A DNA stretch of 64,000 nucleotides from Octopus vulgaris (GCA_951406725.2 OX597839.1:8866001-8930000); one strand, 5' to 3'. Counted from the stretch's first letter, positions 1 through 14,957 are shown. A program made the numbers and translations. Notes: generated by a model not told the origin, from the letters alone.

Positions 1-79
1 TCAAGGCTGATAAAATAAAGTACCAGTAAAGTACTGGGTTCAATTTAATTGACTGTATCCCACCCTCACAAATCTCGAT

Positions 80-290
80 TGATCTCTTTTGCTGAACCAC
101 TAAGTTATGAGGATGTAAACACACCAACACTGTATACCAAGTGGTAACAGAGGATAAACAAAGACATATATATATATATAAAACTAAGACTGTAGTAGAA
201 GACACTTGCCCAAGGTTCCAGACAGTGGGACTGAACCCAAAACCCTGTTGTTGGGAAGCAAGCTTCTTACCACACAGCCACATCTGCACT
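80..290 (-). mobile_element. SINE family A, degenerate internally deleted copy
   Basis: Reverse-complement match to the full copy at 18446-18838 (gaagacacttgcccaagg, gggactgaaccc, cttaccacacagcc). Confidence 0.8.
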
Positions 291-345
291 TATATATATG
301 TAAAGATAAGACCTAAGGATCTTATATATGTGTGTATATTAGAGT

Positions 346-635
346 TCAATTCCCAATGAGTTCGATTCCCAGACCAGGCTGTGTGTTGTGTTCTTGAGCA
401 AGACACTTTATTTCACGTTGCTCCAGTTGGCTCAGCTGTAGAAATGAGTTGTGATGCAACTGGTGCCAAGCTGTATTGGCCCCTTTGCTCTTCCCTTGGA
501 TAGCATCAGTGGTGTGGAGAGGGGAGGCTGAGTGACTGCTGGTCTTCCATAAACAACCTTGCCCTGACTTGTGCCTGGGAGGGTAACTTTCTTGGTGCAA
601 TCCCATGGTAATTCATGACCGAAAGAGGTCTTTAC
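346..635 (+). mobile_element. SINE family C, 5'-truncated
   Basis: B-box gagttcgattccc, CORE-like ttgagcaagacacttt, and the same body and tail as 28462-28810. Confidence 0.85.
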
Positions 636-983
636 TTACGATATATATTGTTTAAAAGTCCAGCCCTGTCACATAGTGCCACAATGATTTGGCTTGTGAA
701 ATATATTAGTTTCTAATTTTGGCACAGGGCCAGCAATTTAGTGGGAGGGAGAAAATTGGTTACATTGACCCCAGGATATATATATATGATAAATTGAGAG
801 GTTGAGATATCTAGAAACAAAATTCAAATAGGAAGAGAGAGATAATAGAGATGCACATGCAAATCATAACCATCATCATCATCATCACCATTACCAAAAT
901 CACCAGTGCATAATCATCATCATTGCTGTCATTCTTACTAGCATCACCATCCTGTCTGTCACTATATATGTATATACAAATGA

Positions 984-1134
984 GGCACAGGAGTGGCTGT
1001 GTGGTAAGTAGCTTGCTAACCAACCACATGGTTCCGGGTTCAGTCCCACTGCGTGGCATCTTGGGCAAGTGTCTTCTGCTATAGCCCTGGGCCGACCAAT
1101 ATCTTGTGAGTAGATTTGGTAGACGGAAACTGAA
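984..1134 (+). mobile_element. SINE family A, 5' half
   Basis: A-box-like tggctgtgtggtaag, B-box-like ggttcagtccc, and cttgggcaagtgtct; matches the start of 18446-18838. Confidence 0.9.
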
Positions 1135-1959
1135 ATGATGGTGATGGTGGTGGTCGTCGTTGTCATTGTGGTGAGGCCACCAACAAAGACGTCATTATCA
1201 CCATCACCAGCATCATAATCAACACAGCCATCACAATCACCATCACCAATATCACTTTTTCACTACCATGAGAACCTATACAACCACAAAAAAAAAAAAA
1301 AAAGAAATCAAGCTGACTGACGGCTGTCTAACAACCAACAAAAAGCTACAACAACAACCATAATCCCCAGCTTGAAAAATGTGTGTGTCTGTGCGTCCCA
1401 CACACACACACACACACACAAACACAAACACACTTCTTCATCTCCTGAAAAGCTAAGACAACACACAAAGAGAACAACATGAGACAAAAGAGAGACAAAG
1501 GGAAAGGCAAAAGAATGTCTCAAGACAACGCTATATTCTGCAAGAGTGCCAAATAATGGTAAATCGCATCGCGATACATGTTTTTCGCAGCGATAAGTTT
1601 TTGGAGATGCTTTCCATTCCCCCCACCCACCATCCACCACCACCACCTCATCCACTCCTTCCAACAAGGAGATTCTTCTCCCCCCACCCCACCTATCCAC
1701 TTCTTCTTCTTCTTTCTTCTTCTCTTCAAGAAGACAGAATATAATTAAGGAAACCTTGTCGCCAGCAACAACGCCAATGAGAGGAAGGCAGCAGCTGAGG
1801 TTTGAAATAGAGAGGAAGGAGGGGAGGAGGAAGAAGAAAAAGGTGGGAGGTGGGGAGGAAAGAGGGTCAAGTATATTTACAAAGGGTAGGGTCACAAGCA
1901 GAAATGGCAAGAGCTGCAGACGTAGCAGCAGCAGCAGCAAGCGTTAGTTGGACAGAAAG

Positions 1960-2195
1960 AAAAGAAGATGAGGAAGAAGATGAAGGCGAAGAAGAAGAAG
2001 AAGAAGAAGAAGAAGAAGAAGAAGACAGAAGAAGAAGAAGAAGAAGAAGAAGACAGAAGAAGAAGACAGAAGAAGAAGAAGACAGAAGAAGAAGAAGAAT
2101 GGGGAGGAGGTGGAGAACTGGGAAAAGGGGAAGTGGTGGTGGTGTTGGTGATTGTCTCAGTAGTAGTAGTAGTAGTAGTAGTAGTAGGAGGAGGA
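1960..2195 (+). repeat. (GAA)n purine tract followed by (GTA)n
   Basis: Seen directly. Confidence 0.95.
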
Positions 2196-2767
2196 GGATA
2201 ATCTTGCTTTTGTTTTGTTTAAAAAGAGTCATTTGTGAAAAGGAGTGTTGGAGGGGGGAGGGGTGGGAAAAAAACAACAACCCAACAGTGTGAAAAACAG
2301 TGGTTTTGAGGAGTGAGGTTTGATAAGAACGAAATGAATAGATGCAGGAGCGAAAAAAAAAAAAAGGAAAAAGCAGAATAATAAGAATATGAATGGATAA
2401 ATCAACAGAGAAACAAAAGGAAACTATGTCCAAACACAACAGCGACATTGATATAGGCAATGGTGATAATGATGGGGAGACTAATGATCATAATGGCAAT
2501 GATAGTAAGGATGAAGATGGTAAGCTAGAGCCAAAATGGAATACAGATTCTAAAGTGCTAAAAGCCTTCCTCTCTCTCTCTTCTTCCCCCCTTCTCTCCC
2601 GAACCTTCCACCTTCCTTATACATTTAGATTTTAATGTTCAAGTATCTGTTACTAACTGGTGTTTGCTTAATTCTTATGATTTCCTTATCTAACAAATGT
2701 TATTCCACTCTGCCTAACAACATTGAGTACTTTCATTTGCTGTGGTTATATATATATATATATATAT

Positions 2768-2971
2768 CCCTCTCTCTCTTTCGGAGAGCCATAAGCACCT
2801 ACACGCACATATACACACACGGCAGTAACTTCCACCTACCGAATTCAATCACAAAGCTCCAGTCGGCTCGGGGCTATAGCAGAAGACACCTACCCAAAGT
2901 GCCACGCAGTGGGACTGAACCCGAAACCATGTAGCTAGGAAGCAAGCTCCCTAACCACACAGCCATGCCCG
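2768..2971 (-). mobile_element. SINE A' (short variant of family A ending in cctctccgaaagagagagaggg)
   Basis: Very similar copies at 27836-28045 (+) and 52561-52767 (-) with the same distinct 3' end. Confidence 0.9.
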
Positions 2972-2986
2972 ATATATATATATATA

Positions 2987-3378
2987 TTCTTTCACTTGTT
3001 TCAGTCGTCTGACTGTGGTCATGCTAAAGCATTGCCTTAGAGGCTTTTTTTCTAGTCGAAGAAATCGACCCCAGGATTTATTCTTTGTAAGCCAAGTACT
3101 TACTCTAGCAGTCTCTTTTGCTGAACCACTAAGTTACAGGGATGTAAGCAACCAACATTGGTTGACAAGCAATGGTGAGGGGACAAACACAAAGACACAT
3201 ACACACATATATATATACAATAGGCTTCTTTCAGTTTCCATCTACCAAATCCACTTACAAGGCTTTGGTCAGCCCAAGGCTACAGTAGAAAACACTTGCC
3301 TAAGATGCCATGTGAGATTGAACCAAGAACCAGGTGGTTGGGAAGCAACCTCCTCACCACACAGCCACACCTGCACCT
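2987..3378 (-). mobile_element. SINE family A, full length
   Basis: Both halves plus the internal CA/TA microsatellite. Confidence 0.9.
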
Positions 3379-3393
3379 AGACACATTTATATA

Positions 3394-3912
3394 TAGGGTG
3401 CGGTGAATAAACTGTCATCTAAATTATGCAGAAATGAAAATAACACTGACATCCCATTTTAACAGATATATTAACCAAAACTGCATTAAAATATCTTGAA
3501 ATACTAAAGAGGAAAATTTATTCAATAAAATTGTCATTGGCTTCAACCACAGCCTCCTGATGACTTTGGAATCTCCTGCAACTCTTCTGGATGGTTTCCT
3601 TGTTAAAGTTGGTGAATGCTGCCTTAACCCTTTATCATTCAAACTGGCCATATCCGGCCAAAATATTTAACCTGTTTTATATTGAAACTGACCAGATCTC
3701 GCCTCTCGCCTCAGCCCTACCATGTCATTCTAAAACTAAAAAATCACATCACTGAAATCTCTAAATTACAAGATAATGCATGATTAATTCAAACCATTTT
3801 AGATAAATAAACATCACATTTGACAGAATAATCTGAACACTAAAGGGTTAATCCTTGTCTTCAGTTCATCTTTGGTGTTACAAGGAGTTTTGTTAGTCTC
3901 TTACTCAACAGC
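3394..3912 (-). mobile_element. Tc1/mariner-superfamily (probably maT/DD37D-like) 3' relic interrupted by MITE F
   Basis: With 3624-3851 removed, the minus strand reads AVE*ETNKTPCNTKDELKTRIKAAFTNFNKETIQKSCRRFQSHQEAVVEANDNFIE*, a typical transposase C-terminus. The terminus is TA-tagggtgcgg. Confidence 0.75.
3624..3851 (+). mobile_element. MITE F, piggyBac-type non-autonomous element
   Basis: TTAA-CCCTTTA...TAAAGGG-TTAA. Removing it and one TTAA restores the host transposase frame, which supports a TTAA target-site duplication. Confidence 0.9.
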
Positions 3913-4585
3913 AATAGTATTTTAAGAGTCCATGAATGAGTGAATAACAAAAGAATTTTGACAGGAGTATCAATGAAATTGGTTTTTAAACATGGAATTG
4001 CTATGGGGATCCACCAGAATAAAATAGAAAACAAAGGGGTCCATAGATGAAAAATGGTTGAGAACCATTTTTTTAACTAAAAAAAACTTTAAAGAAATTA
4101 TATTCTATCAGTATAAGCAAGAACTCAAGAAACTTTTACAGTTATTTTGGGATTGATTTGAGATATTCAAAATATGGGCTCACAATGTTTTTATAATAGT
4201 AGAAACAGAGAAATATTTTGGTAAAAAGAATCACCAAAGAAGGGAGTTTGATGACAAAGTACTATTCAGCAGACTCATTCTAGAAAAGAAATTCTTGAAA
4301 AAAAAAAACAAAAAAAAATTTTTAATTGAAGAAAGAAAACTTGTAAACTGCACCTAAAGATCCCTTAACAATAGATAACAGAGATGTTTGTCTAAACTGG
4401 CGGGAGTGGCAGTAGCAACTGTAGTAGTGGTAGCAGCAGTTACAGTGTTGAGGAAGAAGAGAGGAGGAACTGAACCAGACTGCAATGCTGTCTCTCCACA
4501 CAGAAGGCTACTTTTGGTATACTGGCAATATGCATGCACACACCTGTATATGCAAGCACATACCTGTACATTAATATATATATCT

Positions 4586-4653
<68 letters not shown>

Positions 4654-4832
4654 ATGTATGTATATATATATATGTATATATATCCTTTTTTATGTTATAT
4701 TATATTATATTACATTATAATATAAATAAATTGTTAGATTGTCAACTGTGTTTCTATATTTAATTTATTTATATGTATATTTGTGCGTATGTGAGTGTAA
4801 ATATATATATATATACATAAATATATATATAC

Positions 4833-4883
<51 letters not shown>

Positions 4884-4885
4884 CA

Positions 4886-5139
4886 CTAGTTGTCAAATGG
4901 TTGTGGAGACAAACACAAACACCAACACACACACACACACACACAAACACACAGACGTGTGTTTGTGTGTGTGTGTGTGTGTGTGTCAAGCTTCTTCCAG
5001 TTTCCATCTACCATATCTATTCTCAAGATTTTGGTTAACCCACAGCTATAGTAGAAGACACTCATCCAAGGTACCTTGTAGTGGGATTGAACTTTGAACC
5101 ACATGGTTGGGAAGCAAGCTTCTTACCACACAGCCACAC
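4886..5139 (-). mobile_element. SINE family A, partial
   Basis: 5' half plus internal (CA)/(TG) tract. Confidence 0.85.
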
Positions 5140-5232
5140 TTATATACTTCTTTCTGCTGATGAAAAATATTATATACATACATACATACATAAATGAATA
5201 AATACATACATACATAAATATATACATCTATG

Positions 5233-5313
<81 letters not shown>

Positions 5314-6639
5314 GCTCACGGGTTCCCCACCCACCAAGTATATATATCTGAACCAAGCCCCATGCCATATTGCATCTACCTGCACTTTAATACACCCCCA
5401 GCACAAACATTAGCACAAAATATCTATTTTTGATTTGGTGTGGAACAAAACAACAACATGAACAACAAAACAAAAACTAAAACTCAAAAAAAAAAGCGCA
5501 ACTAAACAAATAAAAATGAAATACATGAATAAAAAATAAACTGTACTTTTTTAATATTTTTTTGGTTATGATACAAGTGTGTGTGTGTGTGTGTGTGTGT
5601 GTATTGTGCCAGTGCAGATTTTTTGGTATATATTTTTTTATTTAGTTTCATCTCCAACACCATAAACCTGATTAAATGTACATCAATCCCTCGTTCCATC
5701 ATTCTTTTTGGTGTGCCGGTATCACATTATGAGTTTTCAGGGGCTCTGAGCATTGTGTTTGTTTCTTTTTAGGGAGGGGTGCATGAGTGTCTGTATGTGT
5801 GTGTCAGTGTGTCCAGGTGTGTACATGTATGTGTGGGTGTGTACGCACACATGCATGCGTGTGTGCATGTATATCATCTTTATGTCTGTGTTTATGTACA
5901 CATGTGTGTGCATATATGCGCACTAAATGTGTGCGTGCGTTTGTATATGAAGATGTGTATGTGTGTGTCTATATAAAGATGTGTGTGTGCGTGTGCTTGT
6001 ATATAGAGATATGTGTGCTTGTATACAGAGATATGTGTGTGTGTACATGTGCAAAATACACATGTACATATATACACACACACAGAGAAAATTGTGTGCA
6101 TGAACACATACAATTTTATTCATACATATGTACATATGCACGTACACACACACATACACACACACACACACACACACAAATAAAACCAGCCTTCAAATTG
6201 ATAATGTTAAGATTATTTCATTACCATCATCACCACCACCACCACCACCACCATCACCATCACCTCCGCCGCCACCATCATCGGAAACAACGACAATGAA
6301 AAGTGCCAACAAACATCAGACGCAACAACAGTAACAACAACAACAACGACAGCAACAGCAGCAACAGCAGCAGAGGCTACACCCTCGGCACTGCCACCAC
6401 CGCCACCAGCAACGCCATCAACACCGGCACCACCGACACCAACACAGCCCGCCCATTTCGTCCCACCCCTCCCCCAACCCTACCATGGCCATCCCAACCA
6501 TTACCACTTGATCACAGACCTGGTCTCAATCAAAGAGATGAAACTGGTTTGAAATTACAAGGAATGAATGGGAAACATACTCAGAAGCTCTTCAAACCAG
6601 CCAATCTTCAGATGCTCGCGTGTGTTTGTGTGCGCGTGT

Positions 6640-7145
<506 letters not shown>

Positions 7146-7304
7146 CAGCTGAATACCTGCACATGCACAAGCCCACAAAACACACATGCGTACAGTTCTG
7201 AGTCAAAAATTTCTGAAGGGTTCCCGAAGTAAATATAATCCATTATTACTTTTTAAAACTGAGAATGAATAGCTACACATCAACGGTATCGTATGAAAAA
7301 TGAT

Positions 7305-7326
7305 AATTATTATTATTATTTATTAA

Positions 7327-7357
<31 letters not shown>

Positions 7358-7386
7358 TATTATTATTATTATTATCATTATTATTA

Positions 7387-7421
<35 letters not shown>

Positions 7422-7613
7422 CATCGTTATTATCACATATGAATAACATACGTTAAACTAGCTTCTGATGATAATGACGATGATAATGGTGATGGTGGTG
7501 GTGGTGGTGGTTGCAATGATGATGAAAACATTCATTATAATAATAAAAAAAGATGATGCATTGGGATAAAGCAGAAGCAAAAATATTTTAAAACATGATG
7601 ATGATGAATGGTA

Positions 7614-7644
<31 letters not shown>

Positions 7645-7776
7645 CGACAATGTCGGTGGTGGTGGTGGTGGCGGCGATGATGATGATGAGGTGGAGGAGG
7701 AAGAGGAGGTGGAGGAGGAGGAGCAGGATGATGATGATGGTGATGATGATGATGATGAGGAGGAGGAGGAGGAGGA

Positions 7777-7808
<32 letters not shown>

Positions 7809-7815
7809 GATGGTG
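7305..7815. repeat. (ATT)n then (GAT)n/(GGT)n/(GAG)n trinucleotide mosaic
   Basis: Seen directly. Confidence 0.95.
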
Positions 7816-8112
7816 CCACCACCTGAAATTTGAGAGGAAATTTGAGAGGAAGCAAGTTGGGTAATTCATTCTAGCAATCTTGGTATTTGACAGGTCCTTT
7901 ATTTTCCCACCCAGGAAGATTGAATGGGAAAGTTAGCATCAGGAAGATTGGAAATTAGGATGCAAAATTATGTAAGTACATGAAACATTCTTGTCCAAAG
8001 TACAACAGTGGCCATGTGCATGTCTGTGTGCATTCAAAACATATCCAAAACTAATGCCACATGGGCAAAATCTTTTGGGTGGAAGATGACACCACCCCTC
8101 CTGCACATTTGT

Positions 8113-8349
8113 GAAAAAAGCACCAACCGATCATGGCCGTTGCCAGCCTCATCTGACACCTGTACTGGTGGCATGTAAAAAGCACCCACTACACTCACAG
8201 AGTGGTTGGCTTTAGGAAGGGCATCCAGCTGTAGAAACACTGCCAGATCAGACTGGGCCTGGTGCAGCTTCCTGGCTTCTCAGACCCCAGTTGAACCATC
8301 CAACCCATGCTAGCATGGAAAGCGGACGTTAAACGATGATGATGATGAT
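8113..8349 (+). mobile_element. Retroposon family E, 3' part with (GAT)n tail
   Basis: aggaagggcatccagctgtagaaac...catgctagcatggaaagcggacgttaaacgatgatgat; about 11 copies in the window. Confidence 0.9.
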
Positions 8350-8399
8350 TAGTATGATTTGTTGTTGTAGACCCTAGGACATAGCCAAATGATTTTCAT

Positions 8400-9450
8400 A
8401 AAAGAAATGACTGTGGATTTATGGGTAATTCTCACTGTTGACAATAACAAAAGCACAGGCAACCTGTTACCTTGGAATATTCTTGATGAAATATTTATAC
8501 CAAAGATAATTCTTCCACTTTTAGTTACAAGTGTGGGAGTATGGATGAGGTCTTATTGGGTCTTTCAATGGCACTAAGCAAAGAAGCAGATACTTTTGTC
8601 AGCTGTAATGTTTTTGATAGCCATGAACAAAGATGCAACTGAACTCCTTTCAGCAATCAAGCCATTCTGTTGTTAAGCTTTAAGTGTTTTCCTACTTCAC
8701 GCAGCACAGCTTTACCAAAAGTTGTTCGGTGCATTCTCTACATTTCATTTTTTCCACCTGTTAGTTATCAATGACTAAACCATTAAGATTCACAATGACC
8801 TGGGAGGAATTGGTTCAGGTAGCTTGCAGACAACTGGTCCATGATGTTAACGCAGGCTTTGGGCTTATAATTCTCAGCCAAAACATTGTTTTCCTTCATG
8901 AACACAAGGTTTGATCAAGCTATGGCAGGCCACCAGTTCTGTATGTCTACTTAACCTTCCATATATTTTAAACATCTCTGTGCCGGTGGCACGTAAAAAG
9001 CACCATCCGAACGTGGCCGATGCCAGCGCCACCTTGACTGGCTTCTGTGCCGGTGGCACGTAAAAAGCACCAACCGCTTGTGGCCGCTGTCAGCCTCCCC
9101 TGGCACGTAAAAAGCACCCACTACACTCATGGAGTGATTGGTGTTAGGAAGGGCATCCAGCTGTAGAAACATTGCCAGATCAGACTGGGCCTGGTGCAGC
9201 CTATTGGCTTCCCAGACCCCAGTCGAACCATCCAACCCATGCTAGCATGGAAAGCGGACGCTAAACGATGATGATGATAACTGGCTTACTAAAAAATGAA
9301 CACCTTGTACCAGTAGCCATCTATGACGTCTTTTTCTGGGAATTTCCCATTATGTAGCTTTCTCACAATATTGGCAAAATTTCAGTGTCAATCACATAGG
9401 TTCTTGTGTTGATTTTGGTACAACAGTTCTGATTTATTGTGGCCAGTCCT
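8400..9450 (-). mobile_element. Decayed LINE reverse-transcriptase fragment (R4/Dong-like), interrupted by the E copy at 8977-9278
   Basis: Minus-strand remnants in RT order: KFPEKDVIDGYWYK (like KAPGPDGIxGYWxK), ENYKPKACVNIM (like NYRPITCLNT), INISSRIFQGNRLPVLLL (like IxRGIFQGDSLSPLLF). Many stops and frameshifts. Confidence 0.6.
8977..9278 (+). mobile_element. Family E copy with internal tandem modules
   Basis: Three tggcacgtaaaaagcacc modules, the conserved 3' body, then (GAT)n. Confidence 0.9.
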
Positions 9451-9459
9451 CTTACAAAA

Positions 9460-9700
9460 ATCATCATCATCATCATTTAGTGTCCATTTTCCATGCTGGC
9501 ATAGGTTAGGCAGATTAACTGCAACTGGTAAGCCAGGGAGCAGTACCAGGCTCCAGTCTGGTTTGGCTTGGTTTCTACAGCCGGATGCTCTTCCTAAAGC
9601 CAACCACTCCAAGATTGTAGTGGGTGACCTTTATGTGTCACCAGTGCAGGTCCCATTTATGTGTCACCAGCACAGGTGCCTCTTATGCGTCACTAGCACA
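9460..9700 (-). mobile_element. Family E, diverged inverted copy
   Basis: (CAT)n, ttttccatgctggcat, ggatgctcttcctaaagccaacc. Confidence 0.8.
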
Positions 9701-9947
9701 GATGCATTCTTTCAGTTCAAATTTTAGACTAGAATGATTTTAAATTTTCCTAAGAAGGGGCTATTTTTCTTTGATATTTACCCCACCCCATCCCAACCAA
9801 AAACCACCACCACCTCCCAACTCATCCCACAGTATACAGCTCATGGCTTAAAAGCAAACTTGTTGCTTGTATCAATTCATTGCAATATTCTTTTCTGGAA
9901 TTGGTGTTTTTCACTCTGGGACTCAAGTTCATGTTTTGGGTTTATTA

Positions 9948-10427
9948 TTAGGCAGGTGCATAATTATTGCGGCTTTTTGTTTTTCCAACAAATTCTATTC
10001 AACAAAAACAATAGCAACATGTAACAAAAACATCTTTAACCCTTTAGTATTTAAACCGGCCATATCCGGCCAAAATATTTAATCTGTTTTATGTTCAAAC
10101 TGACCAGATCCAGGCTCTCACACCTACCCTACAATGTTATTCTACATTAAGTAATTACACCATCAAGATCTTGAAGATATGAGATAATGCATGATTAATT
10201 GAAATCAACGTGAATCAATAAGCATTATGTTTGATAGAATAATCAGAACACTAAAGGGTTAAATGAATATTCCGGAGCATATTCACCATCTACTTCAATT
10301 ACTGCTTCCCATTTGCTTGGCAGATGGTCAGACCGTCATTTAAAGAGGTTTTCTTTAAATACTGCTATTGTTATTTTTTTAATAAAATTTGTTGAAAAAA
10401 TGCCGCAATAATTATTCACAACCCGAA
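9948..10427 (-). mobile_element. Mariner-derived MITE with long imperfect TIRs, hosting MITE F
   Basis: TA-flanked; ataattattgcggc...caacaaatt occurs at both ends in inverted orientation. Minus-strand DHLPSKWEAVIEVDGEY resembles a mariner C-terminus. Confidence 0.7.
10036..10262 (+). mobile_element. MITE F, piggyBac-type, full length
   Basis: TTAA-CCCTTTAG...CTAAAGGG-TTAA. Confidence 0.92.
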
Positions 10428-10924
10428 TAATTTTCACTATAAGGCATTGTTGGTGTGTTGTGAACTTATCATTTATTTTACACTTTGTTATGGCATTTAA
10501 CTACCCTATTCTACAGCCTGTGTCTGCATGTATTGCATGTGTGTGTAAAATACACACACACACACATACATATGATATATATGTTCTACAGAAAACTATT
10601 GACAATTGCAACTAACTACAAACAGGAACCCACAGCAACAGTATTAAAGAACAGCTGCAACAACAATAAAAAACAAAAAACAAAAACAACTTTAACATTG
10701 AGAAGATCAAGCACAAGAGAGGAACAGCAGAGGAAAGAAGAAGAAGAACAACAACAACAACAATAACAACAGCAATGAAGAGACTAATGATCACAAAGAG
10801 CATCCAGGAACAAACAACAACAACAACAACAAAGAAACAAACAAACAAACAGCAAACAAATAAGCAAACAGTATTATTAGCTGACTGTTAGGTGACTGTT
10901 AGAAGTGAAGGTAGGAAAGGATGA

Positions 10925-11505
10925 AGGTGGTGGTGGTGGTGGTGGTGGTGGTGGTGGTGGTGGTGGTGGTGGTGGTGGCGGTGGTGTCAGAGGACTTGTA
11001 GTGGCATTCAAGGTAATGTTGGAGGAGGTATGGGTGGGTGGGTGGGTGGTGACAGTAGTGGTCTCGGGGTGGGAGGAGTGCTTGTTGTGGTGTTGGTGAT
11101 GTCAAAAGGGATAATGGGCGTGATAGCGATGGTGGTGACGGTGATGGTGGTGGTGGTGGTGGTGGTGGTGGAGGTGGTGGTGGTGGTGGTGGTGGTGGTG
11201 GTGGTGGTGGATGTGGTGGTAGAGGTGGTGGTGGTGGTGGTGGTGGTAGAAGTCTAGGTAGAGTAAGATTTTGTGGTAGGGTGGGGCATAGGGATGGGGT
11301 CAATTGGAGGTGGTGGTGGTGGTGCTAGTGGTGGTGCTGGTGGTGGGGGTAGAAGTCTAGGTAGAGTAAGATTTTGTGGTAGGGTGGGGCATAGAGATGG
11401 GGTCAATTGGAGGTGGTGGTGGTGGTAGAAGTCTAGGTAGAGTAAGATTTTGTGGTAGGGTGGGGTGTAGAGATGGGGGTCAATTGGAGGTGGTGGTGGT
11501 GGTGT
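10925..11505 (+). repeat. (GGT)n field containing three copies of a ~60-bp unit
   Basis: gtagaagtctaggtagagtaagattttgtggtaggg at about 11246, 11349 and 11425. Confidence 0.9.
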
Positions 11506-12046
11506 TGATGAGAATGAAAGAAAAAAAACAACTTTAAAACAACAGATCAAAAATCTCTGCACCACCACCACCACCACTACTTTCAACTATACCACCACTT
11601 CAGCTAACACTACCATCAACACTAGTACAACCACCACAGCAGTTACAAAGAATAACACCCCCACACACACACACATAGACACAACCACTTCTAGCAGCAA
11701 CCACCACCTAAGGTAACACTCCCAACACATCAGAAACACCTCAGTTAAAACTACCACCTCTCCTTTACTATTCTGAGCACCCTGTTACAAAACACTACCA
11801 CCCATACGCACGACAGTCACCACCACAAACACCAGCAATGCTCCCATACATGGATGAGCCATTGGGGCAAGGGGAGTGTTTGTGAATGTGTGTGTGTGTG
11901 TGTGTGAGAGTGTGCATATGTGTGTTTACATGAGTATATGTGTGTGGTGAGATGCAGTTTGTGTGTATATGTATGTGTGTGTGTGGGTACACATTGTATG
12001 TATATATGTTTGTATGTATGTTTGTGTGTGTACATATGTATATATG

Positions 12047-12080
<34 letters not shown>

Positions 12081-12331
12081 TGTATGTATGTATGTATGAA
12101 GCTGCATATGTATGTATACATATGTATACATATATAATATGGATGTGTGAATGTATGTATGAGCACATATGTATGCATGTATGTATATATGTGTGTATGT
12201 ATGTGTATGTATATATGTGTGTATATGTACATATGTGTATGCACATATATTTGTGAACATACGTACGTGTATGTGTACATATCTATATATGTACGAGCAC
12301 GTGGAGTATGAGATATGAACTCATACATGGA

Positions 12332-12362
<31 letters not shown>

Positions 12363-12490
12363 ACAATTATATATAACGTGTAAGTGTATGTAAGCAAGAG
12401 TCTATAGGCACACATGAGTAAATATATATATACACGTAATACATATATATGTATACATATATATATACATATATAGATATATATATATAC

Positions 12491-12536
<46 letters not shown>

Positions 12537-13012
12537 ATGCATGTAAGTGAATGTACGTCAGAGTGATGAGAGAGGTGATGTGAGCATATGTGAGTCTGAG
12601 CATGATTGGCAGTGTACGCTTGTGTGCGTGTTTATGCACATACATGCATGTAAACGTTTGAACATGCGCATGTACATGCATGTATGCATGCATGTGTGCA
12701 AGAGGCGGTGGCAGAGATGATAAGGCATAACACATTATCAGTAGCATTTGCACCCATCTTTGATGTCTCCAACAACATAAGTAGGTTCCATTAACGGTTT
12801 AAAGACCCGACTTGCCAACCGATTTCGCAGCTGATAGCAGACCCTGGCAGCAATTATACACACACACGTTTTTATTACCTCCCACTACTACTGCCGCCAC
12901 CGCCATCGCCGCCTCTTCTTCCCGACCAGTAAATAAATAAATAAATAAATAAACAAGCAAAACAAACAGATAAGTACATACACATACATACATATACACA
13001 CACACACACAAC

Positions 13013-13049
<37 letters not shown>

Positions 13050-13051
13050 TG

Positions 13052-13093
<42 letters not shown>

Positions 13094-13699
13094 TATATAT
13101 ATAGGTATATATATAGGTATATATATATGTATATATACACAAATATATATCTATATATATATATGTATACACACACACATATATATATACATATATTTAC
13201 ATATAAACACACACACATATATATATATGTATGTATTACATTCACACTTGAACAACCAGTCATATACACACACAGATATATATATGCATTCATTAATAAG
13301 AATAATAAGAAAAATAGTAATGATGATGATGACGATGATGATGATGACAATGATAATAATAATGATGATGATGATGCTGATGATGATACTAATAATAATA
13401 AATAAAAATAATAATAACAGATATATAAAGAAATAAATGTAGGAGTGAAAAAGGGAGAGAAAGAGAGGCAGGGCGATATGCATAGTGGCGGTTGAAAGAA
13501 AAGTAGGGGGGTGCACAATAATATATAAAAAGCTTTATGCAATGAACAGTTGACGCATGGATGAAAAAGCTATATTAGAAAATGATTCCACCACAACCAC
13601 CACCACAACCATGACCCATACCACCATAACCATCATCATCATAACCTCCCCTTCTTACATACCGCTATGCTTCTCTATCGACTAAGCACTTCCCTCATA

Positions 13700-13778
<79 letters not shown>

Positions 13779-14299
13779 ATATATATATATATACACACAC
13801 ACAAACACACACACACACAGCTGTGAACATACAGGCGTGTGTATGAGTGTGTGTGTAGATAAATACATACTCCAATAACAACACAGTGCTACACAGAATT
13901 CCTCCATTTAGCAACCTGCTCTATCCTACTGTCTCTACCCACCTCCCTTTCTCAATCACTCTCTCTCTCCCTCTCTCTCTCTCTCTCCCTCTCTCTCTAT
14001 CTGTCTGTCTATCTATCTAGCTATCTATCTCACTTGGTCATCCTCTTTCTGTTTCTTTCTTTCCTTCCCCGCCTTTCCTCTCACTCACTCTATACACAAT
14101 AATCTGCTTAAACACACACACACACACACACTCTCTCTCTCTCTCTCTCTCTTTCTCTCCCTCTTTAGCTCTCTCTCCCTCCTACTTTCTCACACACACA
14201 AGAAATTATCAAGGAGCAGACTGACATCAAAAATGTCCCCTTGAATGCACACACATATGTATATGCGTATGTTGTATGTGCACATGCATATCTAGTATG

Positions 14300-14344
<45 letters not shown>

Positions 14345-14957
14345 GTGTGTGTGTGCATATATAAATTCATACATAAACATATGCTAACATACACATAAAT
14401 ATATTAGCATTGATATACACACATGTTCATATATATACATGTATATTTATATATATATATACACACACACACACATACACAAATATATATATAGATATGC
14501 ACATAGCTATACATGTGCGCATGCACACATCTCCATGCTCAAATCTTCTTACCCTCCTCATCTTTCCTTCCTCTCCATCGCCGCCAATCACCCACCCAGC
14601 TCTGACAACACAACCCAATCATACTGGATCAACACACAAACACAGCATTTGATGTTCAGTCAGCCTAAGATTATCAACTGAACATTTGTTAGGTGGATGA
14701 TAGGTGGTCGGGGGTTGGGGTGGATTGTTGCAGTAAAAATATGCACACCAGACAAATGCAAAAGACACTTGCATCATGCAGACAGAATGTATTATTATGT
14801 ATTTGGGACTGCTAAATCTTTCTACACATGGGTGTGTAAGTGCGTGTATACATCATATATATGTGTGTGTGTGTACATACATATACATGTGTGTGTATAT
14901 GTGTATGTGAGTTTGAACATGTGTGAATGTATACACATGAATCTACAGAAATAAAGA

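Noticed and set aside
6545-6600. 10-bp inverted repeat ctggtttgaa/ttcaaaccag
   Set aside because: Too short to distinguish from chance, and no further pairing.
11246-11505. Repeat-spacer-like array
   Set aside because: The spacers are just (GGT)n, so this is a slippage-derived minisatellite.
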